Shown piece by piece: positions 29,437 through 38,816 of a stretch of DNA of 64,000 bases. The stretch lies in sequence record DRR723986_1326. The stretch is one strand, 5' to 3'. Both the position numbers and the translations under genes were made by a program. The notes below the pieces were generated by a model. It saw only the letters and a program-made list of their open reading frames with translations, did not search any database and was not told the DNA's origin. Numbering within the stretch: the first letter of the stretch is position 1; each line of letters starts with the position of its first letter.

Positions 29437-30270
29437 CTAGAACGAGATCCGGAATCGTCCCAGACGAACGGTGGTAGGCTGTTCATGAATTCGCGTGTAG
29501 GTTTCAGTGCGAGTTGAAACGGGTGCGACAGCAGGGTGGCCAGCGCGTTGCATCATACGAGCGACGAATGGCGGAACTGGCCCAGGCGGTAGCGGCATCG
29601 CTGGAGGAGCGAACGACGGTACCGTGGTCGCAGGGCGATATGTCGTTCGCTGTTCGACATGCAAGTGACCGCGTGGAGCAATGGTTGTGGTTGAGTGATG
29701 AACGCGAGCTGCACTATGCAGTCCAAGTTCTGATGGGCACAGGCCACCTTGCGGTGCACCGTACAGTTCAGTCTCCAGGCGCCCCAGCAACGGGAATGCT
29801 TCATGGAGAATCGTTTGCTCCATGTGCTCGAGCAGCGCTTGGTCGGCCAATCCCGCCCCGATGCACGCTTGACCAGAGACTGCACCATAGAAACTGGTCA
29901 GCAAGCTACGCACTTGGGCTGTGTCACTCTTTATGTGAGCGTCTACGCTAAGCGTGTAGCTGCCTGCATTGGTGACGCGAGTGAGCAACTGGTGCATGTG
30001 AATCTTCAGACTCTCAAGCTGCTGAATATTCGACTTAATGACCGCAGAGTTCGCGTAGCCGTGCGACAAGCGGCGGGCATCTCCGTTCAAGTGCTGGCAG
30101 ACGATTCCAAGTTCGGCGACAAATTCGCGGAGACGAGCAGAGTCACACTGATGACGAACGACCGGTTCGCGACCGAATGAGTAATGCGAGCGATAGTTGA
30201 ACTGCGCCATACCAGTTGAAGACAAAGCAAGGGTCAGCGCTGCTGCGGTCAAAACGATTGAGGTTCTCAT
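29437..30270 (-). CDS. Hypothetical secreted protein
   Basis: Signal peptide MRTSIVLTAAALTLALSSTGMAQ; AGGGA-like RBS; sigma54-like promoter upstream. Confidence 0.8.
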   Translation of the reverse strand: MRTSIVLTAAALTLALSSTGMAQFNYRSHYSFGREPVVRHQCDSARLREFVAELGIVCQHLNGDARRLSHGYANSAVIKSNIQQLESLKIHMHQLLTRVTNAGSYTLSVDAHIKSDTAQVRSLLTSFYGAVSGQACIGAGLADQALLEHMEQTILHEAFPLLGRLETELYGAPQGGLCPSELGLHSAARVHHSTTTIAPRGHLHVEQRTTYRPATTVPSFAPPAMPLPPGPVPPFVARMMQRAGHPAVAPVSTRTETYTRIHEQPTTVRLGRFRISF

Positions 30271-30326
30271 GATTGATTCCCTGAGAAGTGTGATCTGTAA
30301 GCTCCTTCACGTTGATTGAGTAGTAA

Positions 30327-30343
30327 TGCACGCAGCGTGCCAA
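30327..30343 (-). promoter_or_regulatory. Sigma54 (-24/-12) promoter
   Basis: Minus strand TTGGCACGCTGCGTGCA, i.e. TGGCACG-N4-(G)TGCA with correct GG-N10-GC spacing. Confidence 0.7.
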
Positions 30344-30448
30344 AGCCAAAAACACTGTAAAAACCATCACAAACGCGCCGAAAAGAACCTTTTTGACATC
30401 CACTAGCCACGTAAGATGTCTTTTTGACACAAAAGTCACCCGATTGCC

Positions 30449-30623
30449 GGTAGGTAGAGGCACCCCACGAAGATTAGCCGTATTCAGCTTCTTTGGTGGT
30501 TGCACCGCCCCTACGAGAGAAATGTTGGCTGGGGGTACCCCACGAGAAGATAAGAGTGCTTGGTGGGTTTCACCCACCCTACAAGAAGACACGCTAGGTT
30601 TCACGCATCCTACGAGAAGACAC
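30449..30623 (-). repeat. Cluster of five degenerate GTAG-family REP-like hairpins
   Basis: Best unit on the minus strand is GTGTCTTCTTGTAGGGTGGGTGAAACCCACCAA (30560-30592); related units at 30449, 30492, 30525 and 30593 end in CCYACRAGAAGA-like sequence on the plus strand. Confidence 0.75.
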
Positions 30624-30624
30624 A

Positions 30625-31524
30625 CTAGCGGCTGAGAATGGGTTCCACGTCGACGGAAACGGAAACGCTGTGCTGGCCGCCACCGAGAAAAACGCCGCGA
30701 ACCGGAATGACGTCGTTGTAGTCCCGTCCCCACGCTACTGGAATGTGGTCGGTGTCACTGGGCTTATTGTTCGTCGGATCAAGGTCCAGCCAACCAATAC
30801 GATCACCGCAGTACATCGAAACCCAAGCGTGAGACTGATCGGCCCCCACCAAACGCACTTGATCAGGAGCCGTTACCGTCCGCAGATACCCACTCACATA
30901 ACGGGCCGGCAGCCCAACAGAACGCAGGCATGCGATCTGAATGTGCGCAAAGTCCTGGCAGACGCCTTTGCGAATCCCAAACGCTTTGGCTGTTGGAGTG
31001 TGAACGTCAGTGGCGTTGCCGTCATATTCAAAGTCGCGGTAAATTCGCTGCGTCAAGTCAATTGCAGCCTCTACAATTGAACGCTTCGGGGCAAACGACT
31101 CCAAAGCGTACCCGCGGAAGGCTTCGCTGCGCTTGATACGACCGGAATCAAACAAATACTGACACGCCGGAAACCAGTTGGCATCGGCGTGCGAGGCAAC
31201 TGAATCACGCACGGCCTCCCACGACTGCGATGGCCCGCTCGTCGCGCGAGGTGTATATGCCACGTCGACACGCCCACTTCCGGTAACCGTGAGAGTCTTG
31301 TGCGGCCTCTCGCTCAAAGAGAACGTCTCGACAATGTTCCCAAAGTAATCCAAACGCCGACGCACAACGTTTGGCTGCGGATGCACCTGAATGCGATACT
31401 TGGCGTCAAACACTGGGCCGTCGCAGCGTGGCGTCAGCATCACGATGTTGTGACAAACCTTGACCGGCTGGTTGTAGGTGTAGGTGGTCGAATGCCGAAT
31501 TCGGTAACGAGCTACGGATTTCAT
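30625..31524 (-). CDS. Transglutaminase-like protein (N-terminal bacterial transglutaminase domain plus core)
   Basis: YRIRHSTTYTY N-terminal domain; triad GVCQDFAH / SHAW / LDPTN. Confidence 0.93.
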   Translation of the reverse strand: MKSVARYRIRHSTTYTYNQPVKVCHNIVMLTPRCDGPVFDAKYRIQVHPQPNVVRRRLDYFGNIVETFSLSERPHKTLTVTGSGRVDVAYTPRATSGPSQSWEAVRDSVASHADANWFPACQYLFDSGRIKRSEAFRGYALESFAPKRSIVEAAIDLTQRIYRDFEYDGNATDVHTPTAKAFGIRKGVCQDFAHIQIACLRSVGLPARYVSGYLRTVTAPDQVRLVGADQSHAWVSMYCGDRIGWLDLDPTNNKPSDTDHIPVAWGRDYNDVIPVRGVFLGGGQHSVSVSVDVEPILSR

Positions 31525-34133
31525 CGACGACCTCCCAACCCCTGATGGGCATAGTGCCTTTGAAGCCCTGCGTGAATCAAGAACTTACTACTAATCGTGT
31601 CCGACAGACGGGGCAAAGTCTCTACGACCCGGCCAAGCAACTTTTGCACAAGCGTCCAGTCTCCTCCGGAGGCCGCACTGCTCAAGTCTTCAATATCAGC
31701 CAATTGCACCGTCGAGAAGGTTGACCGGGCAATTCGCTGCTCGCTCGACAAGCCAGCTTGGGAATCTTCCCGCGGGAACGCATCGACGTGTTCGCAAATG
31801 CGTTCAAGCTGAAACAGTATCGATCGCGGATTGGTCTCGTCGACAATCAACAGGTCGAGCACCGGTGCTATTTGAATGTTGGCCAAGTAGCGGTTTCGAT
31901 AGGTCATCAAGCTGTCGCACAACTGCAGAGAATTCTCAAGGTTCAGCAGTAGGCTGGCTCCCCCTGAATCGCTCGAAAGAATGGCTTGTAGAGCCTGAGA
32001 TGCCTGGAAACCACGTTCGATCCGACGGCCCAGATCAAGAAATCTCCAGGCCTGCGTTCGCGTCATGCTCTCACCCGTCAGACCGCTGATCGCGTTGAGA
32101 GCTGCGATAAGGTCATCCAGCATGGAAACAAAAACGGGTGGCCTGAGGCCGGTCCGCTGCGACCCGAGCGTAAACTCCTCACGAAGCTCCGTAATGACAC
32201 GGAAGCTGTCCTGCGCCATCCGATCACGCACTTTGAGCGCATTTTGGTGGGTATGATTGACCAAATTGGACAGCGACGATGCGCGGCCGCTGTCAATCGC
32301 ACAGGCCGTCAACTGCCTCGCCAAAGCGTACTCGTTGGTCGAATCAACGGGGTCGGAGATCTGCTCAAGCTTTTCGCACGCCTTGAGCAGCCCCGCAGTT
32401 GCGCTTGAGCTTGACTCTTCTCCGGTCAATTCCTGAAGCGTAAGCCGAATCAGTCGAGCATACTGTTCGATTCGCTCGAGATTCCGTCCAAGCCAAAACA
32501 AATTGTCAGCGACACGGCTGGGCAATTCCGCTCCACCCCGCCTGAGGGCCGTCCGCCCGCGATCCTTGGACAGCAGGCTAATTGGCTTGGGAGGTGTATC
32601 AGAGACAATCCAAACGTCCTGGCTCTTCTCACCACTGGTCATATCATAGCTGAGCAGATCCGGCTCACTAGCCACGCGAGCCAAAGCACCTGGAAGAACC
32701 TGATATCCATCCGCCTCGGCAACCGCAAAAGCCCTGAGCGCGAGCGACCAAGGCTCCAGCCGTTCACCAATTAGCACCGGTGCAGTTGAGCGATTCACTC
32801 GCTCCTGCCCAACATACTTTGCCGGCTGCGCCTTAATATCAGCGATCAATTCCTCGCGCTGTTGAGTCGACATTCCGCTGGTCGTAATCGGCGGAGACGT
32901 TTCCTGGCGAAACGCTGTTCGAATGATCAGGTTGTCCAAATTCTCGAGAACATATTGTCGGGACTGCTTATCAGAGCACCACCACGTTGCCACACTGGGC
33001 AAAATCAAGTCGTCCCCCAGGAAGTGCTTGCTAATGGCGGGCAGGAAGGCCAGCAACAGGGGAGATTCCCCGAGTGAACTTCCGATGGAATTGCTTATCG
33101 TGACATTTCCGTTCCGAACAACTTGCAGCAACCCGGAAACGCCGCAAGGATGCTGGCCAAGCAACTCGACAGGATCTGTTTCATGATCCTCGACCTTCCG
33201 CAGCAAAACTTCCATTGGCAGCAGCCCGCCAAGGGTCTTGAGCATGACGCGACCATCGCGAACAGCCAGGTCTTCACCTTCGACGAGCGTATATCCCATG
33301 TACCGAGCAAGGAACGAGTCTTCAAAGTAGGAGCGACTACTTGGCCCCTTCGTCCACACTCCAACGCGAGGATTCTCCTTCGTCCGTGGAGCGCTGGACG
33401 CCAGCACGTCTCGCCACTGCATGAAAAAGGCCGCGAGCCGCTCGGTCAAACATCCGGTGAACGCTTCAGGTAGCATCCGCGAAGCACTCAAACGATTCTG
33501 CAGCACGTAGCCCAAGCCAAACGGGCGACGCGTCTTGTCGGCGGTGACCCACCATCGCCCGTCGCTGCTTCGCGCGAGATCGGCCGCATACAGATGCACG
33601 TGATTGTCTGGCCGCGAAACCAGGCCATTGTACGACGGAAGGTATTGCGGATGAGCGAAGACAACGTCCGGAGGAACCACCCTCTCTTTGATAAGCGTCT
33701 GCGGCCCGAGAAGATCGAGCAGGACGAGATTCGCCAGCGTTGCCCGCTGCTCAAGCCCTCGACTAACCTCTCTCCACTCTTCAGAGCTGATCGTCAAAGG
33801 AACCGGATCAAGCGTCCAGGGGCGCGAATCTCCGGAAACGTCGTACGGATTAAACGCAACTCCATCCAGATCCAACTGCCGCTGGGTTTGATCCATCCGG
33901 GCAGAGAGCTCTGGCAGAGTCAGTCGTCCGAGTTCGTTTGCAAGCCCCTTCCACGCATCGCGCAGTTCACCGCCGGGGCCAACAGCTTCATCGTACGAAC
34001 CGGCCCCGGGTCGATAGTCACTGAATAGCTCAGCAACTAACCGCGCTTCGGCTGCATCTGAGCCATTGGCTTTGACCGAGTTTGCACCATTGCTGTCGGG
34101 CCCGCCTGAGTTGAGCAGCGAAGGTTCATTCAT
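31521..34133 (-). CDS. Circularly permuted type 2 ATP-grasp protein fused to an alpha-E domain
   Basis: RPWTLDPVP, ADLARSSDGRW, PGALARV, SQDVW; C-terminal LPSRVADNLFWLGRNLER..LGRRIER..PRS alpha-E motifs. Confidence 0.92.
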   Translation of the reverse strand: MNEPSLLNSGGPDSNGANSVKANGSDAAEARLVAELFSDYRPGAGSYDEAVGPGGELRDAWKGLANELGRLTLPELSARMDQTQRQLDLDGVAFNPYDVSGDSRPWTLDPVPLTISSEEWREVSRGLEQRATLANLVLLDLLGPQTLIKERVVPPDVVFAHPQYLPSYNGLVSRPDNHVHLYAADLARSSDGRWWVTADKTRRPFGLGYVLQNRLSASRMLPEAFTGCLTERLAAFFMQWRDVLASSAPRTKENPRVGVWTKGPSSRSYFEDSFLARYMGYTLVEGEDLAVRDGRVMLKTLGGLLPMEVLLRKVEDHETDPVELLGQHPCGVSGLLQVVRNGNVTISNSIGSSLGESPLLLAFLPAISKHFLGDDLILPSVATWWCSDKQSRQYVLENLDNLIIRTAFRQETSPPITTSGMSTQQREELIADIKAQPAKYVGQERVNRSTAPVLIGERLEPWSLALRAFAVAEADGYQVLPGALARVASEPDLLSYDMTSGEKSQDVWIVSDTPPKPISLLSKDRGRTALRRGGAELPSRVADNLFWLGRNLERIEQYARLIRLTLQELTGEESSSSATAGLLKACEKLEQISDPVDSTNEYALARQLTACAIDSGRASSLSNLVNHTHQNALKVRDRMAQDSFRVITELREEFTLGSQRTGLRPPVFVSMLDDLIAALNAISGLTGESMTRTQAWRFLDLGRRIERGFQASQALQAILSSDSGGASLLLNLENSLQLCDSLMTYRNRYLANIQIAPVLDLLIVDETNPRSILFQLERICEHVDAFPREDSQAGLSSEQRIARSTFSTVQLADIEDLSSAASGGDWTLVQKLLGRVVETLPRLSDTISSKFLIHAGLQRHYAHQGLGGRR

Positions 34134-37100
34134 GCAATTTGAGGGCTTCGCCTTAGATCCAGAGTGAGTGGGAACATTTCGTTGGTTTCCCTACAGGGTA
34201 CCTCAACTTTGCCAGGGGTGTGACGCTCTGGGAAGAACCTTGCCGCCCTCCGCGCTTCGGCCTCGCTACCGTTGACTGGAAAATGTTCGTAGTTGCGTCC
34301 CGCTGGGTGTGAGACGTGGTAAGCGCAACCGGCAACCGCAGTGCCCGTCGCAACGTCCAACATGTCGAAACTCAGCGGCGTGTGTACAGGAATTGTTGGA
34401 TGCAAGCAACTCGCTGGCTGCCATGCCCGGTAACGCACTCCACATGCAAACTGCCCCTGGACGCTCGTCGGTGTGAGCGGCAGTCTTCGGCCATTGCACG
34501 TCAGCACATAACGATGATCTCGGAAGCCGTTGACCAAAACCTGCAATCTTTCGACGCTAGAATCGACAAATCGAGCGGTCGCCCCTCCAGCAGGCTCCTC
34601 ACCAAGCACATACCATGGCTCAATGGCGGTACGCAACTCGATGCTCATATCGTCAAGCATCGTGGTGCCAATCTGCGGAAATCTGAACTCGAAATGCGGC
34701 GCAAACCAATCCTGCTTGATGTCAACGCCGCGGTCCCGCACTTCCTGGATGACCATACCAAAGTCTTTCCAGATGTAGTGTGGGAGCATGAATTTGTCAT
34801 GTAGAGCTGTACCCCAATCGGCGACCGGCGCGCGATAGGGCTCATCCCAGAACGCCGCAATCAGCCCTCGTATGAGCAACTGCTGAGTAAGGCTCATGTC
34901 CGGATGCGGCGGCATTTCGAAGCCCCTGAACTCGACGAGCCCAAGTCGTCCCGTGGAGCTGTCTGGAGAGTAGAGTTTGTCTATACAAATCTCTGCACGG
35001 TGAGTATTGCCCGTCAGATCGGTGAGCAGGTGTCGGAAGATCCGATCGACCAACCAAGGCGGACAATCCTGTCCACGTCGGGGAACTAGATCGAAAGCAA
35101 GCTTCAGCTCATACAACGAGTCGCGTCGGCCTTCATCGACTCTTGGTGCTTGGCTGGTTGGCCCGATGAAGCGGCCGCTAAACAAGTACGAAAGAGAAGG
35201 GTGGTTCACCCAGAACGCAATCAGACTCTTGAGCAGATCCGGCCGCCTGAGAAAGGGGCTTTCCGCAGCGGAGCGGCCTCCGACGACCACATGATTGCCA
35301 CCACCGGTTCCAGTGTGCTTTCCGTCTAGGTCAAATTTCTCGGTGCCCAGCCTCGTTTGCCGTGCATCTTCGTACAAGCCACGCGTCAACTGAACCAGTT
35401 CATTCCAGTTGCTGGATGGTTGCGTATTGACCTCGATAACCCCTGGGTCTGGCGTCACTTTAAGAACATCGATGCGCGGATCAGAGGGAGGGTGGTAACC
35501 TTCAATCACAACCCGCACACTTTGACTCTTTACGACCTCCTCGATCACTTCAACCAGCTCAAGGTAATCCTCGATCCTCTCAACTGGCGGCATAAATATA
35601 TGAATGTGCCCATTGCGAACTTCGACGCACATCGCTGTTCGAACAACGAACTCAGGATCCTGATCGTCGCGATCCTCCGAATCCGTGCCATCCTCGGCTC
35701 TTGCCTTTTCGCTGGGGCCTTCCTCAAGTTCTTGCTCGGTGAAGCGCTGTCCGTCTGGGCCTCGCGTCTCGCCAGCGGACTCCGACAGACGCCCCGGAAG
35801 CGCCTCGCGGGGCGCTAGCGGATCGATTGGAACCAGCGGATAAGCCTCCCCACCACTTGCAAGCGGAAGTGTGTCTAGCGGTAACCGCAGGCCGACCGGA
35901 GAATCTCCCGGAAGCAATTGAATGTTCTTCGACCGCACAGGCCAAGAACCCGACATCCACCGAGGTCGCTCGTCTTTGGACTGCCACCACTGACGACGAA
36001 TGGGTAAGAGATATCCTGTTGGATTGCTCAATCCCCTTTGAAAAACGCGAATCATCCGAGCCCGTTCTTCTGGATCATCCAGCTTCGGATCACTGGGGTC
36101 GACGTTTACCGGCAGTTCGTTTTCCTTCATCAAGAAGTGTACTGCGTTCTCATAGCAAGGCTGCACATAGCGTTTCTTCAAACGTAACCGCTCGGCAACG
36201 CCCTCCAAAAGCTTCTTTGCGTCGTCGTTGCTGTACTTGCCGTCGCTACTTGTATCGGCGATCAACGAAGCGTCACGCCAAATCGGTTGGCCGTCAATTC
36301 TCCAGTAACAAGCAAGCGACCAGCGGGGAAGCGGTTCGCCTGGGTACCACTTGCCTTGCCCGTAGTGCAACAATCCGCCACTGGCAAAGCGGTCTCGCAA
36401 CTTCAGCAATAGCTCTTCGCTCAGCCGACGTTTGTCTTCGCCTACCGCGGCCGTATTCCACTGTTCACCTTCCATGTCGTCAATCGACACAAACGTCGGT
36501 TCACCACCCATGGTTAGGCGAACATCCGAGCTGTCCAGGCGCTGGTCAACACTGCGGCCAACTTCGTCAATATCCCGCCACTGCATGTCCGTGTACGGTT
36601 TCGTTACCCTTGGGTCTTCGTGTATTCGAGTGACCTCCATGGCGAAATCAAATTCTACTTCGCACTGTTCAACTCCGCCGGAGATAGGCGCCGCCGATTT
36701 GGGATCAGGCGTTGCTGCCAACGGAATGTGGCCTTCGCCAGCAAGCAGCCCCGAAGTTGGATCAAGGCCTACCCAGCCCGCCCCCGGCAAGAAGACTTCA
36801 GCCCAGGCGTGCAGATCTGTAAAGTCGCGTTCCGGCCCGACGGGTCCTTCAAGAGGCTTCTGATCGGGCGCTAGCTGAATGAGATAGCCAGACACGAACC
36901 TTGCCGCTAAACCAAAGCTGCGCAGAATGGCCACAAGCAACCAACTCGTGTCCCGACAGGAACCGACCCGACGCGTAAGCGTTTCTCCTGGCGACTGAAC
37001 ACCAGGCTCCATCCGGACCTGGTACTCGATGTGTTGCTCGAGCTCTCGATTGACCGACACGACGAAGTCCGTTGTCTTCACGTCGCTGCACTTGATCGTC

Positions 37101-37507
37101 GACTTCAAATGCTTGAGGTACTTCGCGACATGCGGACAAGGATTGCCATGTTCCATGAACGGCTTCAGCTCTGTCGCCAACCAGTCTTCGTAGGAAAACG
37201 GGAAGATGTCAGCCGCTTCGTCGACAAAGAAATCGAAGGGATTGATGACCGTCATGTCGGCCACCAAATCAACCTCTAGCGAAAACTGTCGCACGGGCTT
37301 CTGAAAAACATATCGCGAAAGAAAGTTGCCGTGCGGATCCTGTTGCCAGTTAACGAAATGATCTTTGGGCAAGACCTTCTGTGCATATGAAAGGATTGGC
37401 GTGCGACAGTGCGGGGCAGGGCGCAGGCGGACTACCTGCGGATACAGCGTCACTGGGCGATCGTAGTGGTAGCTGGTCTTGTGATGAAGCGAAACGCGTA
37501 TCGACAT
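34130..37507 (-). CDS. Transglutaminase domain plus DUF2126 putative amidoligase
   Basis: GSCRD/DLHAW/LDPT triad; LTMGGEPTFVS, VTPDPGVIEVN, GTGGGNH, HRAEICIDK, VEFRGFEMPP. Confidence 0.93.
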   Translation of the reverse strand: MSIRVSLHHKTSYHYDRPVTLYPQVVRLRPAPHCRTPILSYAQKVLPKDHFVNWQQDPHGNFLSRYVFQKPVRQFSLEVDLVADMTVINPFDFFVDEAADIFPFSYEDWLATELKPFMEHGNPCPHVAKYLKHLKSTIKCSDVKTTDFVVSVNRELEQHIEYQVRMEPGVQSPGETLTRRVGSCRDTSWLLVAILRSFGLAARFVSGYLIQLAPDQKPLEGPVGPERDFTDLHAWAEVFLPGAGWVGLDPTSGLLAGEGHIPLAATPDPKSAAPISGGVEQCEVEFDFAMEVTRIHEDPRVTKPYTDMQWRDIDEVGRSVDQRLDSSDVRLTMGGEPTFVSIDDMEGEQWNTAAVGEDKRRLSEELLLKLRDRFASGGLLHYGQGKWYPGEPLPRWSLACYWRIDGQPIWRDASLIADTSSDGKYSNDDAKKLLEGVAERLRLKKRYVQPCYENAVHFLMKENELPVNVDPSDPKLDDPEERARMIRVFQRGLSNPTGYLLPIRRQWWQSKDERPRWMSGSWPVRSKNIQLLPGDSPVGLRLPLDTLPLASGGEAYPLVPIDPLAPREALPGRLSESAGETRGPDGQRFTEQELEEGPSEKARAEDGTDSEDRDDQDPEFVVRTAMCVEVRNGHIHIFMPPVERIEDYLELVEVIEEVVKSQSVRVVIEGYHPPSDPRIDVLKVTPDPGVIEVNTQPSSNWNELVQLTRGLYEDARQTRLGTEKFDLDGKHTGTGGGNHVVVGGRSAAESPFLRRPDLLKSLIAFWVNHPSLSYLFSGRFIGPTSQAPRVDEGRRDSLYELKLAFDLVPRRGQDCPPWLVDRIFRHLLTDLTGNTHRAEICIDKLYSPDSSTGRLGLVEFRGFEMPPHPDMSLTQQLLIRGLIAAFWDEPYRAPVADWGTALHDKFMLPHYIWKDFGMVIQEVRDRGVDIKQDWFAPHFEFRFPQIGTTMLDDMSIELRTAIEPWYVLGEEPAGGATARFVDSSVERLQVLVNGFRDHRYVLTCNGRRLPLTPTSVQGQFACGVRYRAWQPASCLHPTIPVHTPLSFDMLDVATGTAVAGCAYHVSHPAGRNYEHFPVNGSEAEARRAARFFPERHTPGKVEVPCRETNEMFPLTLDLRRSPQIA

Positions 37508-37732
37508 CGGTGTTCTTTTCCGTATTCAAATTCGACTAGACGTGAAGTGCATTACGATCGTCCAATCACTCTACTTCATCGAACGTTACTTTAAGCGGCA
37601 GAATTACTCTGCGTGCAGAACCGTATTATCTGCGGGGCGGAGCAGGGCAACTTGCTACAGACTTGTGTCCCTACTTTTCAACAACCAGCCAGCCTCCACG
37701 AAACAGACGCAACGCGCTGACTCCTGCGCTGA

Positions 37733-38767
37733 TCAACCAAGCGGCACTGCGGTCTGAGACTGGGATTGGGACTGGGACTGCGTTTGAGACGGCGAAACCT
37801 GGTTGGAATCCTGAACCGTTGCTTCCCAGCCGAAAAAGGTGCACCCAACCGCCTCTGCGACCGAGTTGAGTTTGTTTTGCAAGTCGTCGACAAACTCGTG
37901 CAGGCCGCGGTTGATGATTGTCTGAACGTCGGAGTATGCAAGCTCCGATTTCAATCTTCCAAGCTGCTGCTCGGCTGCGTTCTGGTATGTGTTCATTGGA
38001 GAACCAATGATCGCGTGCAGTGATTCGTCAGCGTGGTTTACACAGAACTGCACTGCCCGCGGAAAGTTCCGATCCAGAACGAGAAACTCAACGACGCGAT
38101 GGACCGTAATCGTGTGAAATTCCTTTCGAAACGTCTCAAAAGCGGAAACGCTTCGCAGCACACTCGACCACTGCAAGTCATCCAACGTCGTTCCAACGTC
38201 TCGAGCATTGGGCAGCAGCGTGTAATACTTCACGTCCAAAATTCGACTGGTCTTATCCGCCCGCTCGAGCAGTCTGCCTAGATTTGCAAAGTGCCAACCA
38301 CTGGCGTGAGAGAGGGTAGCATCCAAGATGCCATTGATTAATTGACTGCGTTCTCGGATCGTATCAAACAGCTCGGGCCGCGACTGCGTAAATCCAGTTG
38401 GCTGACGAGCCGCGTCACGAACTAAGTGATAGAAATCATTGACTTGCTCCCAAGTCTCCGACGAGATCGCTTCACGAACCGTTCTCGCGTTCTCACGAGC
38501 AGCCTCGATACACGAGATAATCGAATTGCCGTACTCTCGATCGAACACGAGAAAATCGATCACCTTCCCCGGCTCGACGTCGCCATATTTATCGTTGTAG
38601 TAAGCTTGATCGCCAGTTGTGAAGACCAGGGGCTCCCACTGCGCTTTGACATTCTTTGGCTGATCCAGGATCAGATTCAAGGTAACGTCAACGAAGCGAG
38701 CTAAATTCTCGGCCCGCTCGATGTATCGTGACATCCAATAGATCGAGTCTGCTACGCGACTGAGCAT
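37733..38767 (-). CDS. Alpha-E domain protein (DUF403)
   Basis: MLSRVADSIYWMSRYIERAEN, ARENAR, GRLLERADKT, FPRA; SQ-repeat tail. Confidence 0.93.
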   Translation of the reverse strand: MLSRVADSIYWMSRYIERAENLARFVDVTLNLILDQPKNVKAQWEPLVFTTGDQAYYNDKYGDVEPGKVIDFLVFDREYGNSIISCIEAARENARTVREAISSETWEQVNDFYHLVRDAARQPTGFTQSRPELFDTIRERSQLINGILDATLSHASGWHFANLGRLLERADKTSRILDVKYYTLLPNARDVGTTLDDLQWSSVLRSVSAFETFRKEFHTITVHRVVEFLVLDRNFPRAVQFCVNHADESLHAIIGSPMNTYQNAAEQQLGRLKSELAYSDVQTIINRGLHEFVDDLQNKLNSVAEAVGCTFFGWEATVQDSNQVSPSQTQSQSQSQSQTAVPLG

Positions 38768-38816
38768 CTTTACGGAACTTTCAGGTCGAAACTAGTGTTG
38801 AATCAGGTACGCTCAA

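Noticed and set aside
30449-30623. CRISPR array
   Set aside because: Repeats are degenerate, spacers are 0-18 bp and irregular, and there are no cas genes; REP-like hairpins fit better.
35827-36633. 268-aa plus-strand ORF
   Set aside because: Antisense to the DUF2126 gene, with R/S-rich non-protein-like composition.
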